A stretch of 64,000 bases of DNA from an uncultured delta proteobacterium (GCA_963796055.1 CAWCKH010000004.1:1120001-1184000); one strand, 5' to 3'; numbered from the stretch's first letter, positions 20,618 through 31,216 are shown. Notes: generated by a model from the sequence alone, not told the origin. Numbers and translations: made by a program.

Positions 20618-21472
20618 TCAGTTCACGGACGCGCTCGATCCCACACCACCCTTCGCTGGAGCGTCGCGGTCGTTCCGGACCACCGCGCCGCCCTTCATCA
20701 CGAAGAAGATCCCCTTCTTCCGCATCAGCTCGAAGGCCTCGTCGTCCAGAAAGGAGCCGTGCTCGATGGAGTCGATGCCGGCACGGATGGCGCGCTTTGC
20801 CCCTTCCGCTCCATGCGCATGGGCCGCAGTCTTCCGGCCCAGCGCGTGGGCCTCGTCCACCAGCGCGTCCAGCTCGGCCTGGGTCAGCTGCGGCGAGTCG
20901 ACCTTGTCCGCCTCCGAGAGGACGCCGCCGGTGGCGCAGGTCTTGATGACGTCCGCCCCGTGCTTGGCGTTGAATCGGACCGCGGCGCGAATCTGGTCCG
21001 CGCCATTGGCCACGCCCTGGTCCGTGCCGGGCTCCCGGAAGAGCTCCGGCCGGAAACCCCCGGTCGGGTCGCAGTGTCCGCCGCGAGCGCCGATGGCGTA
21101 GACCGAGACCCGCATCCGCGGACCCGGGACCTTCCCCGCATCGATGGCGTTGCGCAGCCCCACGTCGATGAGCCCAGGGAGCAAGGTGGCGTCTCCGAGG
21201 TCGATCACCCGTGCCCCACCCGGAATCTCGGCACGCGGACCGGCCGCGAGGATCGTCCCCTTCGCCACCACCACGATGCCCGGAGCCACGACCGTCTCCG
21301 ATTTCCCGTCGTACAGCCGCGCCGCGCGGACGACGGTCACCGGCTCGGCGGCGGCAGCGCCGACACACCATGACGCCACCAGGCAATGCAGGACGCGCAG
21401 GAAGGGACGGCCTCGGAGATGAGGGGGCTCGAAGGGCATGCCCGGTTCAAAGCACCTTGCCCCGGGCGGCAC
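20618..21472 (-). pseudogene. Amidohydrolase (Xaa-Pro dipeptidase-like) with two in-frame internal deletions
   Basis: TLLPGLID runs straight into VGLRNAI (HxH metal motif absent). LMRKKGI runs straight into FFVMKGG (GTD region absent). AHAHG and SIEHG retained. Confidence 0.7.
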
Positions 21473-21641
21473 GTGGCGAAAGTTGCGAGCGGTGCCCGGG
21501 CGGCGGCCAATCTGTCACGTCGCGCCGCGACCGGCGGACAGCAGGCCCGTGCCCGGGCATGGCGCCCCGAGAACCCTGAGGAGTTCCGCCGGGGCGCGTC
21601 ATGTCACCGCGACCCCACCACGCGTGGGCGACCGATTCTGG

Positions 21642-21667
21642 GTAACCGCCCTTGCCGGCACGCCGTA
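21642..21667 (+). promoter_or_regulatory. Putative ECF sigma (SigF/ECF16-like) promoter
   Basis: GTAACC-N16-CGTA ending about 30 bp before the DoxX ATG. Confidence 0.5.
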
Positions 21668-21696
21668 TCTTCCACGTCCCCTCCAGGAGCTCCACG

Positions 21697-22188
21697 ATGA
21701 ACCTCGAAGCCCTCCGCACCCGCGCCCGCGCCACCCTGGACCGCTTCTCCTGGGTTGGCCCCCTCGCCGTCCGCCTCTCGCTCGGCTCGGTGTTCATCGG
21801 AACCGGCTGGGGAAAGCTGCACAACCTGGGGCAGGTGACGAGCTTCTTCTCCGAGCTGGGGATTCCCTTCCCCACGATCCAGGCGCCAATGGTGTCTGGC
21901 ATCGAGCTCGTCGGCGGAACACTGATCCTCCTCGGCCTCTTCACCCGCTTCGCCGCGCTGCCCCTGATGGCGACGATGGTCGTGGCCATCCTCACCGCCA
22001 AGCGGCCCGAGATCGAGGGAATCCGTTCCCTGCTCGCCTTCGACGAGTCACTGTACTTCGCTGGGTTCCTCTGGCTGTTCGTCGCCGGTGCCGGCAAGGC
22101 GTCGCTGGACGCGCTGATCTTCGGCCGCAAGTCGGGGCTGCCCCGTCCTCTGCTCCGCCCCGGGGCCATGCCGGCCGAGCAGCGCTGA
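21697..22188 (+). CDS. DoxX family membrane protein (BufD-like)
   Basis: RLSLGSVFIGTGWGKL...FFSELGIPFP...ELVGGTLILLGLFTRFAA...GAGKASLD. Confidence 0.9.
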   Translation: MNLEALRTRARATLDRFSWVGPLAVRLSLGSVFIGTGWGKLHNLGQVTSFFSELGIPFPTIQAPMVSGIELVGGTLILLGLFTRFAALPLMATMVVAILTAKRPEIEGIRSLLAFDESLYFAGFLWLFVAGAGKASLDALIFGRKSGLPRPLLRPGAMPAEQR

Positions 22189-22246
22189 ACGCCGAACGAC
22201 GGTGCTCCACCGGAAGGGGCTGGCGAGCCCGCAATGGCGGTGGAAA

Positions 22247-23317
22247 TCAGCCCGCGAGCGAGGCTCGCACCCGCGCCGCATCTGCCACCAGCCAGCGGAC
22301 GATCTCCGCGGCTGGACCGCGCCGGGCGAGGCGGGCTGCCTGTCCCGCCCAGAGCGAGAGCAGCTCGGCCCGTCCGGCACGCGAAGCCGCCGTCCGCATC
22401 GGGCGGGTGAGCGCGTTCTGCAGCGGGTAGGGCAGGATGGCCTGGGGCTGTCCCTCCACTGCGGTGAGGAAACGGTTCACCAGCCCGCGCGCGGCTCTCC
22501 CGGAGAAGGCGCGGGTGACGGCCGTACCATCGTCGGTGGCGGCGAGCACCGCCTCCTTGTACGCCGGGACCGCTCCGCATTCGTCGCTGGCCAGCAACGC
22601 AGTTCCCACCTGCACCCCGGCGGCCCCGAGCGCCTCGGCGGCGACCCAGCCTCGCCCGTCCATGATGCCTCCGGCCGCCACCACCGGGATGCTCACCGCG
22701 TCGGCCACCTGGGGCACCAGAGCCATGGTGCCCACCAGGCCACGCTCGAAGCTGCCGACGAAGCTGCCCCGGTGTCCGCCCGCCTCGCTTCCCTGCGCCA
22801 CCACCGCCTCGAAACCCGCCGCCTCGATCCGGCGCGCCTCCTCCACCGTGTTCGCCGTCCCCATCCGCACCATCCCCGCGCGCTCCAGCCGCGCCAGCTG
22901 TGCCGCCGAGGGAATCCCGAAGGTCACGCTGAACGCCGCCGCGCCGCTCTGCCCCACCGCCTCGATCTGCACGTCCAGCGACCGCGTCACCGGCCCGGGG
23001 GCCTCCGGCGGTGGCAGTCCCAGCTCGGCGTGAATGGGACCGAGCAGCTCCAGCATCGCCCGTGGATCCGCCGCCGGCCCTTCCGGGACGTCGGCGAAGA
23101 GGTTGATCCCGAAGGGCCGATCGGTGCGTGCGCGCACCTCGCGGCTCCACTCGAGGATCTGCTCCGGCGGGGAGTATGCGCAGCCCAGGAAGCCGAGCCC
23201 GCCCGCACGGGAGACCTCTGCCGCCAGCGCCGGGGTGCTGGGACCTCCGGCCATCGGTGCACCGATGAGCGGGTGCTCGATCCGGAGCAGGGAACACAAC
23301 CTCGCTGGTGCACGCAT
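22247..23317 (-). CDS. Nitronate monooxygenase family flavoprotein
   Basis: APMAGG, QGSEAGGHRG, AAGGIMDG, TRAFSGRAARG, LWAGQ. Confidence 0.9.
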   Translation of the reverse strand: MRAPARLCSLLRIEHPLIGAPMAGGPSTPALAAEVSRAGGLGFLGCAYSPPEQILEWSREVRARTDRPFGINLFADVPEGPAADPRAMLELLGPIHAELGLPPPEAPGPVTRSLDVQIEAVGQSGAAAFSVTFGIPSAAQLARLERAGMVRMGTANTVEEARRIEAAGFEAVVAQGSEAGGHRGSFVGSFERGLVGTMALVPQVADAVSIPVVAAGGIMDGRGWVAAEALGAAGVQVGTALLASDECGAVPAYKEAVLAATDDGTAVTRAFSGRAARGLVNRFLTAVEGQPQAILPYPLQNALTRPMRTAASRAGRAELLSLWAGQAARLARRGPAAEIVRWLVADAARVRASLAG

Positions 23318-23339
23318 CGAAACCTCCGTGGGCGGGCGC

Positions 23340-24926
23340 TCAGTGTGCTCCGGCGGGCGCTCCGCCGGGCTGGTTCTTCTTCAGGAAGAGCAGGATCAAG
23401 GGCACGAACACCGCGGTGACGACCGCCAGGTCCTCGATGATGCGGACGTACGCGAGCACCGCCGCCTGTCGCTGGACGGTCAGGTAGAGCATCCCGTACG
23501 CCCGCCGGAGCGCCTCCCCCGGCCCTTCCGAGGCGAAGAGCTGCTGCAGCTGGGCGAGCCTCTCCTGGAGGTAGACATTGGAAGGCGTCAGCCGGTCCAC
23601 CAGGACGTTCTGGAAGGTCTGCGACCGGCGGGCGAGGGTGGTGACGAAGAACGAGATCCCCACGCTCCCCCCGATGTTCCGCGCCAGGTTCATCAGGCCC
23701 GACACCTGGTTGTTCTGCTCGCGCGGCACACCGATGTACGCCACGGTGTTGATCGGCACGAAGAGGAACGCCAGCGAGGCCGCCTGGTAGACCCGGTACA
23801 TCGTCGCGGTGTGCGGATCGATGCCCAGGTTGATGTTGCTCATGTTCCAGAGCGCCAGCGAGAGCCCGGCGAAGCCGGCGGTGATCAGGTACTTCGCCGG
23901 CACCCGCGAGACCAGGAAGCCCACCAGCGGCATCATGGCCATGGTGGTGAAGCCTCCCGGCGAGAGCACCATCCCCGCACGCTCGGCGCTGTAGCCCATC
24001 AAGGTCTGCACGAACTGGGGGATGAGCACCGTGCTCCCGTAGAGGACTGCCCCCAGGGTGAACATCAGCACGGCGCTGGTGGCGAAGTTGCGGTTCAGGA
24101 ACAGCCGCACGTTGACGATGGGATTGGGATGCACCCGCTCCCAGACCACCGTCCCCACCATGCAGATGACGGTCACCATGGTGAAGAACACGATCAGGGG
24201 TGAGCTGAACCAGTCGTCCTGCTGTCCCTTGTCCAGGATGATCTGCAGGCTCCCGAAGGCCGTTGCCACCAGCGCGAGGCCCAGCCAGTCCACCCGCACC
24301 CCGCGGGACTCCTCCTTCTCCTGCTCCAGCCAGGGTGGGTCCTCCACCATGATCGAGCTGAGGATGAGCGAGGCGATGCCCACCGGGATGTTGATGTAGA
24401 AGATCCATCGCCAGCTGGCGTGGTCGACGATGTAGCCGCCGAGGGTCGGTCCGATCGCCGGGGCAAACACCACCGCCAGGCCGTACATCGCGAACCCCAT
24501 CCCGCGCTGCCGGGGCTCGAAGGTGTCGGCCAGGATGCCTTGCTCGCTCGGGGCGAGCCCTCCCCCACCAATTCCCTGCAGTACCCGGAAGAAGATCAGC
24601 GACTGGAGGTTGGGGGCGAAGCCGCACAGGGCGCTGCTCACGGTGAAGAGCACCACGCAAGCCATGTAGAAGCGCTTCCGGCCGACGCGGCTGGAGATCC
24701 AGGCGCTGATCGGCAGGACCACCGCGTTGGAGACCAGGTACGAGGTGAGCACCCAGGTGGCCTCGTCCTGGCTCGCCGAGAGCCCTCCGGCGATGTGCGG
24801 TAACGCCACGTTGGCGATGCTGGTGTCCAGCACCTCCATGAACGTGGCCAGGGTGACGGTCAGGCCCACCAGCCACGGGCTGTGGCTGGGACGCCACTGG
24901 ACCTCGGGGTGCGCCTCGGCCGGCAT
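23340..24926 (-). CDS. DHA2 (EmrB-like) MFS efflux permease
   Basis: FMEVLDTSIANVALPHI, WVLTSYL, RVLQGIGGG, WRWIFYINIP, NLARNIGGSVG. Confidence 0.92.
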   Translation of the reverse strand: MPAEAHPEVQWRPSHSPWLVGLTVTLATFMEVLDTSIANVALPHIAGGLSASQDEATWVLTSYLVSNAVVLPISAWISSRVGRKRFYMACVVLFTVSSALCGFAPNLQSLIFFRVLQGIGGGGLAPSEQGILADTFEPRQRGMGFAMYGLAVVFAPAIGPTLGGYIVDHASWRWIFYINIPVGIASLILSSIMVEDPPWLEQEKEESRGVRVDWLGLALVATAFGSLQIILDKGQQDDWFSSPLIVFFTMVTVICMVGTVVWERVHPNPIVNVRLFLNRNFATSAVLMFTLGAVLYGSTVLIPQFVQTLMGYSAERAGMVLSPGGFTTMAMMPLVGFLVSRVPAKYLITAGFAGLSLALWNMSNINLGIDPHTATMYRVYQAASLAFLFVPINTVAYIGVPREQNNQVSGLMNLARNIGGSVGISFFVTTLARRSQTFQNVLVDRLTPSNVYLQERLAQLQQLFASEGPGEALRRAYGMLYLTVQRQAAVLAYVRIIEDLAVVTAVFVPLILLFLKKNQPGGAPAGAH

Positions 24927-24930
24927 CCGG

Positions 24931-26244
24931 TCACTGCGCCGTGGTGGCGCGATCCAGCGCGACCCTGGCGATGGTCCGCTCGTAGCGCGCCCGGGCGAGA
25001 TTGAGCCTGGCGGTGGTCAAGGCAGACTGCGCGTCGAGCAGGTCGGTGGTGGTCGCCGTGCCGGCGGAGACCTGAGCGTTGGTGACCCGGTACGCCTCGT
25101 CGGCGCTGGCGATCGCCGTCTCCGCCACCTCCACCGCCACGAACTGCGCCTCCAGCTGCGCGGACTTGCTCGCCACGTCGTAGGCCACCTGCTTGCGGGT
25201 GTTCTCCAGCAGCGACGCGGACGCGTCGGCTTGCCGCTGCGCACTCTGCGCCGCGTACCACTTCGTGCCCCAGGTGAAGAACGGCCAGCTGGTCACCACC
25301 CCGATGAAGGAGCTGTTCTCCGGCTGGAAGACCTGCCCCTTCACGTTGCTGTAGGCCGCCTGCACGTCCACCTCCGGGAGCAGCTCCCACATGCGGGCTT
25401 GCCCGTTGGCCCGCGCCGCCTCCGCGTCCTTCTGTGCCCGCTGCACCTCGGGGCGATTCTGGAGCGCGCGGTTGATCAGAGCATCGTTCGTGCCCTCGGG
25501 CCGCACCCCCGCCTGTCGCTCGAGGTCCACCGGCTCCACGAACTCCACCGAGGGGTCCTCGGGATTCCGGGCCAGCAGGGTGAGCAGCGCCTGCCGCGCG
25601 GTCTGGGCCAGTGTGGCCGCCAGGATCCGCTGCTGCTGGGCGTTGGCCACCGCGGTCACGAACCGGAGCAGGTCGGCCTTGGTGATGGTGCCCGCGTTGT
25701 ACCGGGCCTGCGCATCCTGCACCTGCTTCTGCAGCTGCTCGATGCTCGCCTCGGCGATGGCCACTCCGGCCCTGGCCTCGAACAGGTGCAGGTAGGTGGT
25801 GCGGACCTGCTCGGCGATCTGCGACTGGGCATCCGCCTGGTCCGCGCGGCTGGCGTCCGCCGAGGCGCTTGCCGCATGAAGGTCCCGCTCCCGGTGCAGC
25901 AGCCCGAGGATCGGCTGCTGGGCGGCGACGGTGAAGACGTTGGTGTTGATGTTCCTGGCGACCACGCCCGGACTAGTGGTGCCGGGGGGAGCCAGCGAGA
26001 TGACGAAGGGACCGTCCCAGTGCTGCCAGGTGTCGCTGGCGTTCAGCACCGGGAGGAGCCGCCCCCGGGCGCTGCGCGCGGTGTCCTCCGCCCCCTCGGC
26101 GCGGAAGCGGACGGCCCGGAGCTGATCGTTCACCCGCATCGCCTCGTTCACCGCCTCGTCGATGGTGAGCGTCTGCGGACCCTCGGCCAGCACCGCCGCC
26201 GAAGCGAGAAGCGCGGCTGCAATGAGCGGTCGAATCAAGGACAC
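24931..26244 (-). CDS. TolC family outer membrane protein
   Basis: Signal peptide, ARYNAGTITKADL, GTATTTDLLDAQ; located in the efflux operon. Confidence 0.85.
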   Translation of the reverse strand: MSLIRPLIAAALLASAAVLAEGPQTLTIDEAVNEAMRVNDQLRAVRFRAEGAEDTARSARGRLLPVLNASDTWQHWDGPFVISLAPPGTTSPGVVARNINTNVFTVAAQQPILGLLHRERDLHAASASADASRADQADAQSQIAEQVRTTYLHLFEARAGVAIAEASIEQLQKQVQDAQARYNAGTITKADLLRFVTAVANAQQQRILAATLAQTARQALLTLLARNPEDPSVEFVEPVDLERQAGVRPEGTNDALINRALQNRPEVQRAQKDAEAARANGQARMWELLPEVDVQAAYSNVKGQVFQPENSSFIGVVTSWPFFTWGTKWYAAQSAQRQADASASLLENTRKQVAYDVASKSAQLEAQFVAVEVAETAIASADEAYRVTNAQVSAGTATTTDLLDAQSALTTARLNLARARYERTIARVALDRATTAQ

Positions 26245-26260
26245 ACCTCCGGATCCTCGG

Positions 26261-27508
26261 TCACTGGTTCACGTGTACGGTCACCACCACCGACTGGCCG
26301 GCGCGGAGCGCGATGTCGGCGGGTACGGCCTCCAGCGTGATCCGCACCGGGATGCGCTGGGCCACCTTCACGAAGTTGCCGGTGGCATTGTCGGGGGGGA
26401 GCAGGGAGAAGCGGGCGCCGGTGCCGCCAGAGAGGCTCTCCACCTTCCCGTGCAGCGTCCTGCCGTAGGTGTCCACGTCGACGTCCGCGGGCTGACCGGG
26501 GTGCATCTTCCCGATCTGGGTCTCCTTGAAGTTGGCGGTGACGTACTTCCGCACCGGAACGAACTGGGCGACCGTCTGCCCGGTGGAGAGCAGCGCACCA
26601 GGGTGGGCGGTGATGCGGCTCACCGTCCCGTCACCGGGGGCGACGATTCGCGTCCACTCGAGGTTGAGCCTGGCCAGCGCCAGGGCGGCCTCTGCGCTCT
26701 TCACCCGCGCGTGCTGGTAGGCGGCGTTGGCCGTGGCCGCGGCGATGTTCGCGTCCACCGGACCGCTCACCACCAGCCGGCCTTCCGCCTCGTTCACCTG
26801 GGCCTGGGTGCGACGGAGCTGGTCCGCGGCGGCGTTCACCGCTGCCTGCGCGGCAGTCACTCCGGCCTCCGCGGACTGGAACTGGGCTTGCCACTGGTCG
26901 AACTGCTGCTGAGGAATGGCGTTCGCCTTCTGCAGCTCGCGGGCCCGCTCGATGTTCGACTGTGCCAGCTTGAGGTCCGCCTGGCGGCTGACCAGGGTCG
27001 CCCGCGCCTGTTCGAGCTGGGCCCGGGCCCCGGACACCGAACGGCTGCTGCCGACGAGGTTGGCCTGCGCCTGGGTGAGACCACCACGCGCCGCGGCGGC
27101 GGCGACCGCCACCTGGGCATCGGCCGCCGCGGCCTGGGCCTGGACGCTCTCCAGCTCGGCCTCGGCCTGCGCGACGCGCGCCTGGTAGTCCCGGTCATCC
27201 AGCTGGAGAACGACCTCGCCCTTCTTGACGCCCTGGTTCTCGGCCACCGGCACCGAGGCAACCAGCCCGGGGACGTGGGGTGCGAGCGGCACCACGTCGG
27301 CGTCGATCTGCGCGTCGTCGGTCCCCTCCTTCCCCGCGTTCAGCAGCAGATAGAGGAGCACCCCGAGGATCACCACCCCGGCCACGCCTCCGATGATCGT
27401 CAGCGCCCGGCGTTTCCTGGCGGCAGTGTCCGCCGCCGCTACGTCCTTGCTTTGCGCGTCCCGTGCCTGGACGTTCTCGGGCGCCCGCTCCACTGCGGCA
27501 TCGGCCAT
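26261..27508 (-). CDS. HlyD/EmrA family membrane fusion protein
   Basis: TDDAQI, ANFKETQI, TGARFSLLPPDNATGNFVKVAQRIPVRI. Confidence 0.93.
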   Translation of the reverse strand: MADAAVERAPENVQARDAQSKDVAAADTAARKRRALTIIGGVAGVVILGVLLYLLLNAGKEGTDDAQIDADVVPLAPHVPGLVASVPVAENQGVKKGEVVLQLDDRDYQARVAQAEAELESVQAQAAAADAQVAVAAAAARGGLTQAQANLVGSSRSVSGARAQLEQARATLVSRQADLKLAQSNIERARELQKANAIPQQQFDQWQAQFQSAEAGVTAAQAAVNAAADQLRRTQAQVNEAEGRLVVSGPVDANIAAATANAAYQHARVKSAEAALALARLNLEWTRIVAPGDGTVSRITAHPGALLSTGQTVAQFVPVRKYVTANFKETQIGKMHPGQPADVDVDTYGRTLHGKVESLSGGTGARFSLLPPDNATGNFVKVAQRIPVRITLEAVPADIALRAGQSVVVTVHVNQ

Positions 27509-27580
27509 CTGGTCGTCTCCCTCGGACCTCGACTGCGCGAGCGCTCGATAATGGCCACCAGGGAACGTGGCAAGCAGGTC

Positions 27581-27597
27581 ATACGTGACTTAACTAT
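27581..27597. promoter_or_regulatory. AT-rich imperfect palindrome, candidate MarR operator
   Basis: ATACGTGACTTAACTAT between the divergent efflux operon and marR. Confidence 0.4.
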
Positions 27598-27647
27598 CCG
27601 TTGCGCACGACTCGCCGGTAGCTGACTGCTCGAAGGGATTCGTCGCT

Positions 27648-28220
27648 TTGGCCCTCCCCCGCCGCCCACCGTCGCTCGAGCGATACGAGGCCGCTCGCCG
27701 GCTGATGACCCGCGTTCGCGGAGCGGACCCGGAGGCCATCGACACCTGCCTGTGCCTGTGGCGCTTCTCCGAGGAGATGTCGGCCTCGTTCGAGGCGTTC
27801 TACGCTGCACACCACCTCTCCAGCGCCCGCGGCCACGTCCTGGCCCAGCTACTGGAGGCCGAGCGCGGGCTCACGCCAGCACAGCTGGCCGAGCGGGCCG
27901 GAACCACACCTCCGAGCATGACCGGCGTGCTCCGTTCCCTGGAGCGCAAGAGGCTGGTGAAGCGCAAGGCGATGTCGGAGGACCGGCGGTCGCAGTGCGT
28001 CTTTCTCACCGCGGCGGGACGACGCAGGATCGAGGCGCTGCTCCCGCTGATGGCGCGCCGGCTGGCCGAGCTCGCCGGCGCCCTGCCACCTACCGAGCGC
28101 AAGGCGATGCTCTCCGGCGCCCGCCGACTGTGGGAGCGAGCGCGCGCACTCTCCGCCCCGGAAGCAGCCACGAGCCGTCGGCACCGAAGCCACGGCCAGC
28201 ACCGGCGTCGGCGCGCCTAG
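27648..28220 (+). CDS. MarR family regulator
   Basis: LTPAQLAERAG...MTGVLRSLERKRLVKR...EDRRS...LTAAG; start uncertain. Confidence 0.85.
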   Translation: MALPRRPPSLERYEAARRLMTRVRGADPEAIDTCLCLWRFSEEMSASFEAFYAAHHLSSARGHVLAQLLEAERGLTPAQLAERAGTTPPSMTGVLRSLERKRLVKRKAMSEDRRSQCVFLTAAGRRRIEALLPLMARRLAELAGALPPTERKAMLSGARRLWERARALSAPEAATSRRHRSHGQHRRRRA

Positions 28221-28690
28221 TGCGAAGGGGCGTTCTGCCCCTCGGCGGCGGGGAGCGCCTGGCGGTGGCACTGCACGCAGGTCTCCATCACGCTCCCGAA
28301 TGCCCCGGGGAGCTCCGAGTCCGGGCCACGCCGCGCGACGTCGGCCAGCGTGCGCGTGCGGGCGCGGAGCTGCGACTCCATCCTCTCCAGCGACTTGCGC
28401 GTGGTCGCACCTGCGTCCGCACCGGGCCAGGCGCCGAGCCCGGTGTCTCGTTCCAGCCCGGCCGCGAGCTCGGCCACCCTCGGCCGGTCGACCCGGAGCG
28501 TGGCGCTGGCCAGAGCGTCGAGCATCGCCCCGTGCCGCGACATCCGCCGGCGAAGGGCCGCCCGCCCGTCGTCCGGGGCGAGCTCGGGCGGCTGGGAGTC
28601 GTCCAGAGGCCGTGCGCCGCTCTGGGCGACCGCAAGCGCCGTCCCGAGCGACGCTCCAGCGACCACCGCGGCCATCAGCCACCTTCTCAT
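28217..28690 (-). CDS. Class II (cytochrome c'-like) c-type cytochrome
   Basis: Signal peptide, helical body, C-terminal CVQCH. Confidence 0.75.
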   Translation of the reverse strand: MRRWLMAAVVAGASLGTALAVAQSGARPLDDSQPPELAPDDGRAALRRRMSRHGAMLDALASATLRVDRPRVAELAAGLERDTGLGAWPGADAGATTRKSLERMESQLRARTRTLADVARRGPDSELPGAFGSVMETCVQCHRQALPAAEGQNAPSH

Positions 28691-31215
28691 GCCCGTCTCC
28701 TCGCTCGCGGAGTCCCCAGACGTCCGGTGAGCACCAGCGCCGCCACCAGCAGCACCGTGAGCCCGGCGGAGATCGCCAGGTCGTCGAGGTGCAGCGGCCC
28801 GAACTGGAAGACGCGTCGCAGTGGCGGCAGCGCCAGCACCAAGGTCAGCACGCCGATCGCCCCGCCGACCACCGCCCAGAACGCTGGATTCGGGACCTGG
28901 AACGAGCGCCACAACCCGCTGAGGTGCGCGCGGTGCGAGACGATGAGGCCGAGGTTCCCGAGCAGGAGCCCGCTGAAGGCGAGCGTGCGCGCATCGGTGA
29001 GGCCCCCGTGCTTCTGCAGGCCGAGCCAGAACCCCAGCGCCACCACCGCGAACACCGCCAGCCCCTCGGCCAGGCTGCGGAGGATCTCCCTCCTCCCCAT
29101 CAGCCGCCCCCCCGGCGAGCGCGGCGGCCGTTCCATCGCCCGGGGGTCACCAGGCTCCATCTCGAAGGCGATGGAACAGGCCGGATCGATGACCAGCTCG
29201 AGGAAGACGATGTGCACCGGAGTGAAGAGCATCGGCCAGCCGAAGAGCACCGGGAGCATCGCCATACCAGCGATCGGCACGTGGACCGCGAGCACGAAGC
29301 CCAGCGACTTCTGGAGATTGGTGTAGATGCGCCGGCCCGCCCGGATGGCGCCGACGATGGAGACGAAGTCATCGTCGAGGACCACCAGGTCCGCCGCCTC
29401 ACGGGCCACGTCGGTCCCCCGCCCTCCCATGGCCACCCCGATGTGGGCAGCCCGGAGCGCGGGCGCGTCGTTGACCCCGTCCCCGGTCATCGCCACCACC
29501 TCGCCCATGGACTGGAGCACCTCGACCAGGCGCAGCTTGTGGAGCGGCGCCACGCGGGCGAAGACCTGGGTCCCGGCCAGGGCGGAGCGGAGCGCGCCGT
29601 CGTCCAGCGACTCGAGCTGGGCGCCGGTGAGGAACCGGGAGGCGTCGATCCCCGCTTGCCGCGCGATGGCCAGCGCCGTGCTCGGATGGTCGCCGGTGAT
29701 GAGCATGACCCGGATGCCGGCACGACGGCACTCGGCCACCGCCTCCGGGACCCCGGGGCGGAGCGGGTCGGCGAAGGCGAGCAGGCCGAGCATCCGGAAC
29801 CGCAGCCCGCCGAGGTGCTCCGGGGCCGCAGCCGTCGCCAGGTCCGCCCGGGCAACCGCGAGCACCCGGAGCCCTCGCACGGCGAAGTCGTGCACCTGGG
29901 TATCCAGCGCGCGCCGTCGCTCCGCATCCCAGCCCGCCAGCGCGGCGACCGCCTCCGGAGCGCCCTTGGCAGCGATCACCACTCCGCGCCTTCCCGCGTG
30001 GGCGAAGGCCATCACCGGAAGCTCGGGGGTGAGCGGATACTCCCGGAGCACCGGACCGGCCGGGCCGCTGACGGCGGCAGCCCGGCCGAACTCCAGCGCT
30101 GCCTGGTCCATCGCATCGAAGCTCTCGCAAGGAGAGGCCAGCGCAGCGATCTCGCGGAGCTCAGCGACGGGGGCCGGTTCGTCGCCGGTCCGTCCGGGCA
30201 CGGCAGTGGTGAATTCCACCACCCGCATCCGGTTCTCGGTCAGGGTGCCGGTCTTGTCGGTGCAGAGCACCGTGGCCGCCCCGAGCGTCTCCAGCGCCGC
30301 CATCCGACGGGCGAGGACCTTGTTGCGCGCCATCCGGTACGCGCCGAGCGCGAGGAAGACGGTCACCACCACCGGGAACTCCTCCGGCAGCAGCGAGATC
30401 GCCAGGGTCAGGCCGGCGAGGAGGCCGCCCTTCCAGTCGGAACGTCCCAGGCCGTAGATGAGGAGCACCGCCCCGCAGCACGCCGCCGCGGCGAGAGCGA
30501 CCGCGCGCACCAGGCCCGAGAGCTGAAGCTTCAGCGGGCTCTCGGCGGAGGAGACCGATTCCAGCGCGCGGCCGATGCGGCCCACCTCGGTCCGGGCGCC
30601 CGTCGCGCCCACCACCGCCTCGGCACGACCGGCGACGACCAGGGTGCTCGCGTAGACGAAGGGCGTCTGACCTTCCCCGGGAGGCTCGAGGGGAATGGGC
30701 AGGGGAACGGCCCGCTTCCTGACCGCCAGCGACTCTCCGGTGAGCAGCGACTCGTTCACCTTGAGCCCGGTGGCCGAGACCAGCACCGCGTCCGCGGCCA
30801 CCCGGTCTCCTTCCTGCAGCAGGAGCACGTCTCCGGGGACCACCTCGGTCGCCTTGATCCGCAGCGCGCGGCCGTCCCGGCGAACCGAGGCCTGCGGGCT
30901 CGAGAAATCCTTGAGCGCCTGGAGCGCGCGCGCGGTCTTTCCCTCCTGGAGGAGGCTGATCGCGACCACCAGGACGACCGAGCCCCCGAGGATGAGCGCC
31001 TCGGAGAGGTCGCCGAACGCGACGTACACCCCGGCACAGATGACGAGCAGGAGCACCATCGGCTCCCGCACCACGTCGAGGAGCGTGCGCCACCATCCAC
31101 CCCCGCGGTCGGCACCCAGCGTGTTCGGCCCCACCTCGGCGAGCAAACGCCGCGCCTCGACGCTGCCCAGCCCCGGGTTGCCACCCACTGGTGCCACCTG
31201 TGCGGCGGTGTTCAC
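28687..31215 (-). CDS. Cation-transporting P-type ATPase (P2A-like)
   Basis: LTGES, PEEFP, DKTGTLT, KGAPE, MTGDGVNDAPAL. Confidence 0.93.
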   Translation of the reverse strand: MNTAAQVAPVGGNPGLGSVEARRLLAEVGPNTLGADRGGGWWRTLLDVVREPMVLLLVICAGVYVAFGDLSEALILGGSVVLVVAISLLQEGKTARALQALKDFSSPQASVRRDGRALRIKATEVVPGDVLLLQEGDRVAADAVLVSATGLKVNESLLTGESLAVRKRAVPLPIPLEPPGEGQTPFVYASTLVVAGRAEAVVGATGARTEVGRIGRALESVSSAESPLKLQLSGLVRAVALAAAACCGAVLLIYGLGRSDWKGGLLAGLTLAISLLPEEFPVVVTVFLALGAYRMARNKVLARRMAALETLGAATVLCTDKTGTLTENRMRVVEFTTAVPGRTGDEPAPVAELREIAALASPCESFDAMDQAALEFGRAAAVSGPAGPVLREYPLTPELPVMAFAHAGRRGVVIAAKGAPEAVAALAGWDAERRRALDTQVHDFAVRGLRVLAVARADLATAAAPEHLGGLRFRMLGLLAFADPLRPGVPEAVAECRRAGIRVMLITGDHPSTALAIARQAGIDASRFLTGAQLESLDDGALRSALAGTQVFARVAPLHKLRLVEVLQSMGEVVAMTGDGVNDAPALRAAHIGVAMGGRGTDVAREAADLVVLDDDFVSIVGAIRAGRRIYTNLQKSLGFVLAVHVPIAGMAMLPVLFGWPMLFTPVHIVFLELVIDPACSIAFEMEPGDPRAMERPPRSPGGRLMGRREILRSLAEGLAVFAVVALGFWLGLQKHGGLTDARTLAFSGLLLGNLGLIVSHRAHLSGLWRSFQVPNPAFWAVVGGAIGVLTLVLALPPLRRVFQFGPLHLDDLAISAGLTVLLVAALVLTGRLGTPRARRRA

Positions 31216-31216
31216 G

